From contig NC_068987.1 in the NCBI RefSeq assembly GCF_001194135.2, forward strand, positions 98,836,525 through 98,873,458: 36,934 nt of DNA, written 5' to 3'. Below the pieces are notes generated by a model, which saw nothing but the letters and a program-made list of their open reading frames with translations, did not search any database and was not told where the DNA came from. Each line of letters opens with the position of its first letter. The stretch's first letter is position 1. Source of the stretch: Octopus bimaculoides (Eukaryota). The position numbers and the translations under genes are program-made. Positions 23,331 to 35,495 of the stretch are shown here, in pieces.

Positions 23331-23887
23331 ATTTCGAAATGCCATTCTTAATTTACATTACTCTATCTTTCTTACCTAATGTCCGGTAATTTACACAGTT
23401 TCAGATACGAATTCTACAAATGTTACTTAAATATTTTAATTATAACTTATTGCATGAGCGAGAGTCTTACTACCGATCGATTAATCTTATGATTTACATT
23501 TGCTTTAATATTAACCTATTGAGACTACAATATACTTTCCGTAATATTTGCGCACACCTTAAATGTTCTCTGATTCTGAATTCCAGAAATGAGAGTTTAT
23601 ATCATTTCCTACCTGCGTTTGAGCTGTCTGGTTTCTTGGATCCCTTCATTCGCTATGCTCAGTGGATTTGGATGGAGTGTTTCGAGCAACCAGAATGGTG
23701 AAATGTATGTAGAAACTATTGATATGAACTCGTATTTATCTTAATTTCTCTTACATTTGCTCTGTATTTAACACTAATAATACTAAGTACAGTAGTTATT
23801 TAACCACTGGACTCGAAAGAAACTGGAACACGAAAATCTACGTGGAGTTCATCACACAACAGCAGCAGCCGTACATCTATCAAGATA

Positions 23888-23925
23888 CCACACACACACA
23901 AACACACACACACACATACAAACAC

Positions 23926-23993
<68 letters not shown>
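23888..23993. repeat. (CA)n microsatellite
   Basis: Read directly. Confidence 0.95.
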
Positions 23994-24386
23994 GCAGTGA
24001 ATGTTTTCAGTAATGGTTTTGTATCTAGTATGAAGGTTTCCACCAATGATAACAGCATTAACACTAAAAGCTACACAAATTTTACCGTGATCTCTTTTAA
24101 ATCCTTATATACTGAGCGTGCACACTCTTTAGACATGAAAATGAAAAACAGCACCCTCGCTTTCTAAATTAATCTAGAGGTCAAAAGGCAAATCAACTCC
24201 AAAAATGAAATTAAATAATATTTCATCAAATTCGCTCCTGCTCAGATCAATGGGAACATGTGGTACCTCTGCTGATTATAGAATAAATTTCAATATATTC
24301 ACACATCTGAATCTATTAACGTCTGAACTGGAACTGATTTCATCATGTCTTCACCAAAAGTAGCTAATTTTACAGTTCTTGAAAAA

Positions 24387-24705
24387 CCGACACTCCGTCG
24401 TTTCCAACGGTGAGGGTTCCAGTTGATCCAGTCAACGGAACAAGCTGCCCCTCAAATTAACATGCAAATGGCTGAGTGCTTCACTCCACAAGCGTATTCT
24501 TAACATAGTTTTCAGGATGATTCAGCGTGACCCAAAATGTGATAAGACTGGCCCTTTGAAATACAGTTTCAACTTATTTTTTGCCAGCTCAGTGGACTGG
24601 TGCAACGTGAAGTAAATGTCGTGCCCAAGGACACAACGCACCGGCTGGTATCGAACACACGACCTTACGATCGTCAGTCGAATACCTTAACCATTATGCC
24701 ACGCG
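24387..24705 (-). mobile_element. Near full-length CORE-type SINE (same family as 8597-8890)
   Basis: Collinear with 8597-8890. Minus-strand head CGCGTGGCATAATGGTTAAGGTATTCGACTGACGATCGTAAGGTCGTGTGTTCGATACC has A- and B-boxes. Confidence 0.85.
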
Positions 24706-24986
24706 ATTTCAATACAATTCTTGAAACAGCACGCAGAATACTATTGTGCATAGGTTTTCTATCACACATCTGCATCTTATATTTCTCACGTGTACACTTT
24801 CATTTCTATACCTTCGTTTCTGTCACTCTGTACACATGCCCGTAACATACTTAACGCTTATATAACACCTTAGATTTACTCTACATAATGCAATCCGGTC
24901 ACAAAATCCACATTTTGTTTAACATGAATTATATACTTCGATTGTAAGTTATATCGCTATATGTAAACCGCAGTATTTTTCTTATA

Positions 24987-25191
24987 TAAAAGGGGGCGTT
25001 GAAAAGTTCATGGCTTTGAGTAAATGTAAATACAGGAGGATCAGTAAATTATGATTTATTTCAGCATATTCCCCTCTCAGATTCATACATTTACTGCAGC
25101 AGTCCTTCAATTGTCTAAGCCCAGTAAAAGAACACAGAATGTTGGGCCTCCAGCTAGGCCTTTCGCGAGACTTTTCAGCACCTGCCTCGTA
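24987..25191 (-). mobile_element. Internally deleted mariner (Tc1/mariner) derivative
   Basis: Degenerate TIRs TAAAAGGGGGCGTTGAAAAGT (24987-25007) and ACTTTTCAGCACCTGCCTCGTA (25170-25191), with TA at the ends. The minus strand encodes FTGLRQLKDCCSKCMNLRGEYAE, matching the mariner transposase C-terminus (F..GI.KL..RW.KCI...G.YVE). Confidence 0.75.
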
Positions 25192-25253
25192 TGCATCTCT
25201 TTATACAAAGCATTTGCCTGTGCGGCTATTGTTTATTCACATTCATTTATATG

Positions 25254-25287
<34 letters not shown>

Positions 25288-25579
25288 CACATATGTGATT
25301 ATAGTTATCATATTTAATAAGTGCTTGAAGGCCTTCATCTTTTTGATAGACAAAGAAAATTACTTTACAGCGCAGTATTTAAAGCGCTATAGATCTAGTA
25401 CTATTTTTAAATATATTAATTTATTAATATATTTATCTTGTGAAATAAACTCGGGGTTTTAACTTATTTTATTTCATTATAAAATGTAATACATCAATAT
25501 TTTCAATGTGTTAATGTTTGCTCATATATGGCATTACACAAACCACATTGCATATGATAATTTTAACATGTATGTATGC

Positions 25580-25616
25580 AAGTATGTCTGTGTGTGTGTG
25601 TATGTCTGTCTGTGCG

Positions 25617-25674
<58 letters not shown>

Positions 25675-25769
25675 AATCTAGCTAGCTAGCTATATGTGTA
25701 TGTTCGACATGTGAAGTATGAATGAGTGAGAGAATGTAGAGAGATAAACATACATGCATACATATCTTC

Positions 25770-25809
<40 letters not shown>

Positions 25810-25810
25810 C
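25580..25810. repeat. (GT)n, (CTAT)n and (GT)n microsatellites
   Basis: Read directly. Confidence 0.95.
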
Positions 25811-26143
25811 ACCATTATTATCTTCAACATCAGCTGCACAACTCAGATCATAATACTCCACTACTATCATNNNNNNNNNNTATCATTTTCAGTATCACAA
25901 TCACCATCATAAGGACGTTCATATTCACAGATGCACAGCTTCTCAGCTTCTGCTATCGCTTCTACAATTGCCACAATCATCGTTTACATATTTGACGACC
26001 ATCTTTTTACAAAATTAAAAAAAATAAAAATGACGGCACAATCATCTCCATTGTCCTCAGCCTCTTATTGATCATCATTTCCATAGCGCTAATTGTTTGT
26101 AATTCATTATCCATAGATCCTAATTTAATTCCATGTCCTTCAG

Positions 26144-26199
26144 CTTACACAAAAGAAAACTGATTTGTTAAAGATATCACCAAATCGAACTCGCCATAG
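26144..26199 (+). CDS. Candidate exon (LTQKKTDLLKISPNRTRHx), phase 0 to 2
   Basis: Acceptor TTCCATGTCCTTCAG, donor AG|GTAAAC, one open frame. No homology recognised. Confidence 0.2.
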
Positions 26200-26839
26200 G
26201 TAAACTTCTCTGAGAGTCACATTTTCCAAATATATTATCAAAACACCATACACCAATATCCTTGGCATAATGAAAATAATTTATTGTAATATAAGCTCTG
26301 GGGCAAAATTAATAAACGTAGTTTGCCAGTTCCCATGAAAATGTGGACATTAGCCAACGTCTAAATTTACCATAAACTTTGAAACATGCACGAATTATAG
26401 AAGCAAATAAGCCTATAAAATTTCACTACGATGAAACATGTCGTTATTCCATCACAGTACACACCATAAACTTAGATATAGAATCATTCGTTCAATCACT
26501 TTCGTCACAGACAATTAGAAATAATATAAGCAAACCTAATTGCCAGCAGTCCCCAACGGTATGAACAAGTCAGCTCTCAATTGACAAACAAGCAGCAATG
26601 AAGCTGGCCGACTACCGCTCATTTCCAGAATTCTCTGTACTTATACTGCAACACTTAATATTCAGTGCCTTAAAATAATATGTCAGAGTAAACTGTAATC
26701 ATTAATGTGTGTGTATAAAAAAGAAAATAAATAAAAAAGGTGCTTTCGATTTTCTTCCCGTGTTATTTCACATTATTTCGTAATATATTCGTATACAACA
26801 TTAATAACAACAGAAGAGATATCATAAATTGGTTTTGGA

Positions 26840-26849
26840 ATATATACAT

Positions 26850-26931
<82 letters not shown>

Positions 26932-26945
26932 GTACACATACATAT
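26840..26945. repeat. (CA)n(TA)n microsatellite
   Basis: Read directly. Confidence 0.95.
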
Positions 26946-26946
26946 A

Positions 26947-27125
26947 GGGCAGCGAGCTGAGGGAATCGATTGCCTGACGGGCAAAATTCTTAGTGCCATA
27001 TCACCTATCGTTACGCTCCAAGTTCAAATTCAGCTGCGAGTTCGGCTTCGCCTTTGATCCCATCTGTGTCGATAAAAGAAATACCAATTGAGCATTGGGG
27101 TCAATGTGAGCGAATTATGTCCTTT
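26947..27125 (+). mobile_element. Deu/Nin-like SINE copy
   Basis: GGGCAGCGAGCTG...GGGCAAAATTCTTAG...AAGTTCAAATTC...GCTTCGCCTTTGATCC...GTCGATAAAAGAAATACCA.TTGAGCATTGGGGTC is homologous to 16388-16574. Confidence 0.75.
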
Positions 27126-27283
27126 CCTGACGCAGACAAACGCGCACGCACACTCACACACACGCACATACACAAACAAACATACATGTGTACATATACA
27201 CACACATATTTATATTCGTAAATGCATCTTCACACATCATATCTATCTATCCATTCATCCATCCATTTATTTATCTATCTATC

Positions 27284-27335
<52 letters not shown>

Positions 27336-27345
27336 NNNNNNNNNN

Positions 27346-27389
<44 letters not shown>

Positions 27390-27591
27390 GGCATAGCGAT
27401 GAATGTGTTTTCCTTGAAAATAACGCCAAAAGCATATTCCAGTTCGCATGATTAGTAACTGAAAATAAAGTGCAAGAAAATTAATACATTTTGTTTTGTC
27501 TGTTGCCTTTGCTTACACACACACAATTGCCTTCATCTATGTGAATATGTTTACACACTTAGAAATTCACAGACTCATGAAATTCAGGATA

Positions 27592-27793
27592 TTGATTTCA
27601 AATTTTTGCACAGGGCCTACAATTTCTGAGGAATAGGTTAGTCAATTATATCGACCCTAGTACTCAACTGGTACTTAGTTTATCGACCATGAAGGAGCCA
27701 AATCTAAGACAGACGTTATCGAAACTTTAACTCGGAACCTAATTCCACCAAGAGTTTTGTCCGGTGTACTAACGATTCTAAGTGCTTACCGCC
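27592..27793 (-). mobile_element. Deu/Nin-like SINE copy (reverse)
   Basis: TCGACCCTAGTACTCAACTGGTACTTAGTTTATCGACC...TTTTGTCCGGTGTACTAACGATTCT...CCGCC is the reverse complement of the same family. Confidence 0.75.
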
Positions 27794-27977
27794 TTAAAAA
27801 AAAAACCCACAAACTTGTATATATTATCAATAAATATAGTTTGAGCCAATCAGGCTCACTAGATTCTGTTCTTAGTCTTGTAAGGATTCCTCAATGAGTG
27901 AACTCCGACAAAAAATCGTCGATGATTTCCGAGTGGGTATTGGAGGCTGATAGGAGAGTCTAGAGGGTTTCATGCAA

Positions 27978-28027
27978 AGGTAAAGAGAGGTGAGGTAGAG
28001 AGAGGTGAGGTAGAGAGAGGTGAGGTG
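27978..28027. repeat. 15-bp minisatellite (AGGTAGAGAGAGGTG)x3.3 abutting a gap
   Basis: Units start at 27978, 27993 and 28008, with a partial unit at 28023. Confidence 0.9.
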
Positions 28028-28278
28028 AATANNNNNNNNNNNNNNNNNNNNNNNNNNNNNNNNNNNNNNNNNNNNNNNNNNNNNNNNNNNNNNNNNNNNN
28101 NNNNNNNNNNNNNNNNNNNNNNNNNNNNNNNNNNNNNNNNNNNNNNNNNNNNNNNNNNNNNNNNNNNNNNNNNNNNNNNNNNNNNNNNNNNNNNNNNNNN
28201 NNNNNNNNNNNNNNNNNNNNNNNNNNNNNNNNNNNNNNNNNNNNNNNNNNNNNNNNNNNNNNNNNNNNNNNNNNNNNN

Positions 28279-28317
<39 letters not shown>

Positions 28318-29157
28318 ATATATATATGTGTGTGTGTGTGTATGTGTGTGTATGTGTGTGTAAGCATATACATGCACAGACATGTAAATATGAGAATATA
28401 CACATACATACATATACATGTCTCTATAGTTATCGACGCACACATGTAAGCATATCCCTTCGCACCCACAAGAGACACACATGCATAGGAAAGGGAGTGG
28501 AGACAGAGAGAGAGAGTGAAAGCTAGAACAGGAGACTGAGAGAAAAGGAAAAAGAGAAGGAGAGAGTGACAAAGAAAATGAGAAAAAGGACAAAACAAAA
28601 TAAAGTATAATAATAATCATGTTTTGTGGTAAGACAGTATGTTGGTTTGACTTCACGGTTACCCAACCCTTCATATGTTCTTGTTTGACATGTTAAGTTT
28701 CGGAAGAAAAAGTAAACTACGAAATAATTCTCTAGAGTGTATGAATAAATTTGACATGGAACGCCTTCTCGTACACACTCATACTCCGAGACCACTCTCT
28801 CTCTCTCTCTCNNNNNNNNNNNNNNNNNNNNNNNNNNNNNNNNNNNNNNNNNNNNNNNNNNNNNNNNNNNNNNNNNNNNNNNNNNNNNNNNNNNNNNNNN
28901 NNNNNNNNNNNNNNNNNNNNNNNNNNNNNNNNNNNNNNNNNNNNNNNNNNNNNNNNNNNNNNNNNNNNNNNNNNNNNNNNNNNNNNNNNNNNNNNNNNNN
29001 NNNNNNNNNNNNNNNNNNNNNNNNNNNNNNNNNNNNNNNNNNNNNNNNNNNNNNNNNNNNNNNNNNNNNNNNNNNNNNNNNNNNNNNNNNNNNNNNNNNN
29101 NNNNNNNNNNNNNNNNNNNNNNNNNNNNNNNNNNNNNNNNNNNNNNNNNNNNNNNNN

Positions 29158-29234
<77 letters not shown>

Positions 29235-30114
29235 AGAAGCAAACACTCCTTTAGTGCGCTGTCTGTCTCTCTGTCCTCACATACACACTCGCACGCATAA
29301 GCATACCCATTCAGGATAGAAACACTATTTTGTTTAGTATTAATAATTAATTCGTATACTGTAAGGTTAGTCCTCACTTCCTATATATATTTATTATTAC
29401 GCATATAAATATAGAAACACCCTCATATTAAAATTTCCTTCCCTTAACAGTTCCATTCACAACTACCTCTGAGGATTTCAAGGATTTTCTTCTTCCAGTT
29501 TCTTCTTCCTATTCCAAACATTTCTCATATTTACGATAACAATGTTTGCAACTGGCTAAATACTCTGAAGCAAGGATAGGCTTATGATGCAATTTCAATA
29601 CACAGTTCCGCAATATTCACTTCCATGTTTCAAACTCTTGACCCCATTTACATGAAATATTTAACATTTATACTATTTTCAGTTTGGAGTTGGACTAATG
29701 TAATGTTTATACCAACAGCCTTCGCACACTATCGAAAAGTCTCTTGTGTACTACATCTGATTTCTTTTGCGCGGGCTTCTTTTTCACTTTCGCTCAACCA
29801 TCGCAGTCACTACTCGTGTCTTTCTACACTGCAGCGTCGAACTTATTGCAAAAGCACTTTATTATCCAACGAAAGATGGGCTAGTGATCCCTTTGTTTCC
29901 AGCAGACGTAATGTAGCTCTCTCTGCTTTTCTACCCAGTTCTTTTTCCTGGCTACTAAGATTTACTGCCTCCTTGAGAAAAGAAGTTATTAACTACCCTA
30001 TGGAATCAATGGAATTGTTAATGCGGCTTAGAGGTATTTCGTAAGCCTCACGCATTAGACCTCCGATAGCTGACTTTTGCCAGCGACTCTGTGTCTTAAT
30101 GCATTTGTTGTGAA

Positions 30115-30195
30115 GTAGTTTGGCCAAGTGGTTAGGGTATTCGGCTCACGATTGTAAGGTTGTGTATTCGATGCCCCCCGCTGGCACGTGTACCA
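30115..30195 (+). mobile_element. Isolated tRNA-like head of an OR-like SINE
   Basis: TGGCCAAGTGGTTAGGGTATTCGGCTCACGATTGTAAGGTTGTGTATTCGATGCCC matches the head of 24387-24705. The body is absent. Confidence 0.7.
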
Positions 30196-30430
30196 TTGTT
30201 CTCAGTTATCTAAATATACGGTATTTAATTTGTTCCTCTTGCGTTGTTGAAAAAATGGTATGCAATAGAATAAACGTAATGCGAACCATTGCATGTTTCA
30301 CTTGTTTATACTTCTCTATAAAAGTAAGCCCACTGGATTTTCGTTTTTTGGTGAAACATACGCTCATGAAAGTAAGCGCTCCTTTACATGATTTCAGGTA
30401 TTTCCAACTCACTTGAGTGCTGCTTGACGT

Positions 30431-30482
<52 letters not shown>

Positions 30483-30789
30483 TAGTTCACATGTGTATAT
30501 ATAAAGTACTTCGATATATCTGATGGCTGTCCTCATACTATTAAGAGCATTGTTTACTCCGACAAATTTAATCTATAAACTTGTTGTCTCATCGATGACT
30601 AATAAAACAAATTCTTGATAGACATACACATCCACAGATATTGCTGAACAAGCTTCTCCCATTTAATACATTGGCAGTGTGTTTTAGAGAAGCTGGCTTA
30701 AATTGTGCCTAAGAAATAAAAGCTTGTCTACCTGGGCTGCACACTTGCTCTTTGGATGATAAACTGTCTTTACGGTTATATAAGGCAAC

Positions 30790-31240
30790 TGATTCCTTCA
30801 GAGATCTTCAGTCTTCTGTGTGGTTCCAACATAGTATCACAAGATGAACAAAAGTTGCTGTAACCATGTGTCTATGCTGAGGTCTCTCCTTTACTCGAGT
30901 GAAACATCGGACCTGTTGTATGCTTGAAAGTTTTAATCGAAAATGTCTGAGACACATCCTGCATGTTGGCGGTTTCTTGCAGACTCCAGACGTAAACGCT
31001 TGAGGAGTTCCAGTGTCCTGAGGCTTCAAGCAATGGTGCACATGCACCTTTAACATGTAACTGAGCACCTTTTTCGGACGCATGATCGGGAGATCCTTAT
31101 GCAGATGTAATATGGCGAGTTGTTTGGGGAATCACTCTCAGCAGAAACCAAGACGACTACGAATTACAGACTCGGTAACGTTCTTGGGACGTCATCTAAG
31201 AAAGGCATGCTGGTCATCGACGCCAATCTGGAAAAAATAT
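30790..31240 (+). mobile_element. RTE-clade LINE ORF2 C-terminal fragment, decayed
   Basis: Across frameshifts: SFRDLQSSVWFQHSITR*TKVAV/SLLYSSET/MLESFNRKCLRHILHV/EAMV/*YGEL. These correspond to the RTE motifs AFG.L..RVW, TK..VY, LLYGSETW, F..RCLR.IL and YGEL. Confidence 0.8.
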
Positions 31241-32837
31241 ACGCATTATATATATATATATATNNNNNNNNNNNNNNNNNNNNNNNNNNNNNNNNNNNNN
31301 NNNNNNNNNNNNNNNNNNNNNNNNNNNNNNNNNNNNNNNNNNNNNNNNNNNNNNNNNNNNNNNNNNNNNNNNNNNNNNNNNNNNNNNNNNNNNNNNNNNN
31401 NNNNNNNNNNNNNNNNNNNNNNNNNNNNNNNNNNNNNNNNNNNNNNNNNNNNNNNNNNNNNNNNNNNNNNNNNNNNNNNNNNNNNNNNNNNNNNNNNNNN
31501 NNNNNNNNNNNNNNNNNNNNNNNNNNNNNNNNNNNNNNNNNNNNNNNNNNNNNNNNNNNNNNNNNNNNNNNNNNNNNNNNNNNNNNNNNNNNNNNNNNNN
31601 NNNNNNNNNNNNNNNNNNNNNNNNNNNNNNNNNNNNNNNNNNNNNNNNNNNNNNNNNNNNNNNNNNNNNNNNNNNNNNNNNNNNNNNNNNNNNNNNNNNN
31701 NNNNNNNNNNNNNNNNNNNNNNNNNNNNNNNNNNNNNNNNNNNNNNNNNNNNNNNNNNNNNNNNNNNNNNNNNNNNNNNNNNNNNNNNNNNNNNNNNNNN
31801 NNNNNNNNNNNNNNNNNNNNNNNNNNNNNNNNNNNNNNNNNNNNNNNNNNNNNNNNNNNNNNNNNNNNNNNNNNNNNNNNNNNNNNNNNNNNNNNNATAT
31901 ATATGAGATTTTTAGATCTTATATAAATATATATAGATATGTTTATGTGTGCGTGTGTGTGTATGCGTGTGTGTACGTACGTTCGTTCCTGCGTGCGTGC
32001 GCGTATGTGTGTGTATGTGTGTTTGTATGTGTGTTTGTATGTGTATACTTGAGTCTGTGTGTATATATTTGTAATACGTATATATGTGTATGTGCAAACA
32101 TACTTGTAGTCTAACTTACGGCAGTAAATGTCATAATATATAGGCTAAAATTCTGACGAAGTGATTTGTTACGAATTAAAGTCATCGAACTATCTCTTAT
32201 GTCTATTTCTGTATGAATATTGGAATAAGAAAGTATTTACCTATCACTAAAACCTGCGGCTTGGAAACCCTTGTGCTATATTTCAAGAAACAAGGAAATA
32301 AATTATTAGGAATGGGACATTTCAGTGTTTCAATATCTTAATTAGATTGATAAAGCCAGAATCGAACCCAGAATGGATAAATCATTTGGGCAATTTACTG
32401 AAAATACAGTAACACATTCAGTTCATTTTCACCGAAGTTGCCACACCCTGTCTTTCTCTGGTACTTGATGAAACAAGTAGCTTCAACATGCTGCGTTGAA
32501 ATGGATCAATTACACATTCAAAAGAAATATAACTGAGTTTATGTTGTGCTGATCTAGAATTTCTCATTTTGCTGAAACATTTTTTTTTTTACAGGATGAA
32601 ATTATATGTAGCATGGCATCTCGCTGTGTGGCTGAAACATTTGATTTCGAATTCTTACTGAGATGAACATTTTCTTTTCAACCTTACCACTTTCTTGTGA
32701 TGTAGTAGCCCGTATCGGTTCTGCTGAGTAGATATATGGAATGTAAGTAGCATTTCTAGGAATCAGTTTACTGCTGTTCTAACCGTAGCTGTGCTCTGCG
32801 TATTATTTTACTCTTTTAATCTTTTACTTGTTTCGTT

Positions 32838-33185
32838 AGTTCGACTGTGGTCATGCTGGGACAAAGTCTTGAAGGGCGTGAGTCGATCAAATCACCAAGT
32901 GCTTATCTTAAGCCTGGTCCTTACACTATCGTTTTCTTTTTGCGGAACCGCTGTTATAAGGACACCGACAAACCAAACTTTGCTTTTAATTTGTGTGAAA
33001 CAAACTCAAATGCAAAGACACGTACACGTACGACAGGATTCGATAACGTTACCATCTTCTAAATTGTTCACAATATATTAGTTGGTCATAGGCTATAGTT
33101 GAAGTCTCTTGGTTAATGTGCGATGTAGAGGGATTGAACCTGAATATACGTGGTTTTGAAACGAATTTCTTAAGCATTAATCCAA
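32838..33185 (-). mobile_element. Old, degenerate tRNA-derived SINE (distinct family)
   Basis: Plus strand shows GGCTATAGTTGAAG...GGGATTGAACCTGAA..ACGTGGTT (reverse-complement B-box region) and GGTCATGCTGGG...CTTGAAGGG...AGTCGA...GAACCGCT, resembling a recurrent Octopus SINE recalled from memory. Confidence 0.55.
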
Positions 33186-34142
33186 TACCTTACGACGTGT
33201 CTAAACTTTTGGACTTAAAACAAATTGTGTACATTTTCCAAATTGTAAAGGGTTCGTCACGATCGATACCTATAGTATTATGACTGAATAATATCTTCGG
33301 CTTTCTTGATTATCCCTTTTAAAGAGTTGGGTTTTATTTTGTTCTAAGCCATACAAAATTGCTGATGATACAAACCTATACAAACCTAATGTTATCATCG
33401 AGAAGTGAAATGCATGTGCAAAGCTATTTAGGATTTGCATATGCAGGGCACACAAACTTAATGGTCATCCTATTGATAGAGCTGTTTTTTCTTATTATTT
33501 TTCATTTGTGTGTGACAGGTAGTACAAACCACATTCGTTAATTTTTTTCTTATAATCTGTGTATTTCCACAGTTTTACACCGTCTGACTAGCGTTAAACC
33601 GCAGCCAATTACATCAGTGCTCAGTTCAAAGGATATGAAGTGACTGTCATTGACTGTGTGTTCCTTACCTAATCTCGGCTTTTCTTCTGTTTGCATTTCT
33701 ACATCATGCATTATTTGGCAGCTCAGAGTAAGATATTATCTTAAGTAGTTCAGCATCAAGTATGTGTAGGATATGTTTTAATTCCCATGTCTTTATTTTT
33801 AGCTATCTATGAGGGAGGAAAAGTTCAGAAACAAATTACAATATATTCAATTATTTATTCCGAATACTAAAAATGAATGCAGCACCCGAATAGGCATATT
33901 GGCATCGAATACGATGTTTTCTCTCTAAATCATAACGGTAATGTTGATTGAAGGAAGTATAACTTCATAATCTTACGAATCTCTTTATATCTTGATCATC
34001 GTGACCTTACTGCAGTTTATTACAGCTGAGAGTTGTTTACTCTCGAATGAGAGCGTTGTATATAAATAAATTCATAACGGATACACAAAAATACATACAT
34101 ACATACAAGAAATAACGAAGATACTTCAGACTGCCATAAAGT

Positions 34143-34188
34143 CTTCGTTTCCATAGAGCCTTCGTTTCCATAGAGCCTTCGTTTCCAG
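34143..34188. repeat. 17-bp tandem repeat (CTTCGTTTCCATAGAGC)x2.7
   Basis: Units start at 34143, 34160 and 34177. Confidence 0.95.
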
Positions 34189-34337
34189 CTTTACTTATCG
34201 GAACATATTCAAATGAGGAGAGTACATCTATTCAGCTGATTGCGCTTTTAAAAGAGACAGCGAGATCTCTCGCAAATATCACGCTACCATCTTCGCAAAA
34301 AAGAATATATCTGATACGCATGCTATCGTTGAACAAG
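34189..34337 (+). CDS. Candidate exon, 149 nt open (xLLIGTYSNEESTSIQLIALLKETARSLANITLPSSQKRIYLIRMLSLNK)
   Basis: Acceptor CTTCGTTTCCAG, donor AAG|GTAAAA. An alternative acceptor at ~34234 gives a different open frame (DCAFKRDSEISRKYHATIFAKKNISDTHAIVEQ), so the frame is ambiguous. Confidence 0.25.
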
Positions 34338-34999
34338 GTAAAATTTGTCTGAATAAGTTTGCTCTATTAGTGCTGGAAGTGGAGAATGCAACAAAATAAA
34401 AAAAAAGAAACACAACTTGTGTCATTTAATCAGACGAATAAATTAACAAGGCTAATCATTTTAAAAGATATATCACATAAATGCTTTCAATGCTTTTTTC
34501 TGTTTTATACACTTAATTAGAACCCGTAATATATTAGCACACACAACTTTATCTCAGTCCTTTGAAAAAAAAAAGTGAATAAGCTCTGGTTTTAGGAAAG
34601 AAAACTATTATTTCTCTAAGTATAAGATCTACCATTTGGAAAACTTCTTTTCACCCGCATAGACAAAAAAAGAAAATCCCGGCAGTGAGAAAGATTCATA
34701 TAAATGTAACAGCAATAAAAACAAAATCACATAAGAACGAGAACGTTATTTGCTGTTGCTATAGCTGCTGTTCCTGTTGGTGGTGTGATGATGATGATGT
34801 TGTTATTGTTGTTGTTTTGACAACTTCCTTTGTAAGAGAGATTAAAGTTTGGGTAGTCTGTGTTATTGTCATTAAATATATATTTGGGAATGCTCCACTT
34901 CATTTGCAACAGGCATGAAATTAAAGTTAACTACAGTCTATTACAGTTGGGTGCTGTTTACTCTCGAAAGACAGCGTTGTATATAAATAAATCCATAAC

Positions 35000-35455
35000 G
35001 GACACATATACATACATACATACATACATACATACATACATACATACATACATACATANNNNNNNNNNNNNNNNNNNNNNNNNNNNNNNNNNNNNNNNNN
35101 NNNNNNNNNNNNNNNNNNNNNNNNNNNNNNNNNNNNNNNNNNNNNNNNNNNNNNNNNNNNNNNNNNNNNNNNNNNNNNNNNNNNNNNNNNNNNNNNNNNN
35201 NNNNNNNNNNNNNNNNNNNNNNNNNNNNNNNNNNNNNNNNNNNNNNNNNNNNNNNNNNNNNNNNNNNNNNNNNNNNNNNNNNNNNNNNNNNNNNNNNNNN
35301 NNNNNNNNNNNNNNNNNNNNNNNNNNNNNNNNNNNNNNNNNNNNNNNNNNNNNNNNNNNNNNNNNNNNNNNNNNNNNNNNNNNNNNNNNNNNNNNNNNNN
35401 NNNNNNNNNNNNNNNNNNNNNNNNNNNNNNNNNNNNNNNNNNNNNNNNNNNNNNN

Positions 35456-35495
<40 letters not shown>

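Noticed and set aside
27842-27862. TGAGCC-AATCA-GGCTCA hairpin followed by CTAG (Helitron-like end)
   Set aside because: CTAG abuts the stem rather than lying ~10 nt downstream, it is not followed by T, and no 5' TC end or body can be identified.
32596-32665. Plus-strand terminal exon candidate (DEIICSMASRCVAETFDFEFLLR*)
   Set aside because: Strong poly-T acceptor but ambiguous frame, and part resembles a decayed SINE head.
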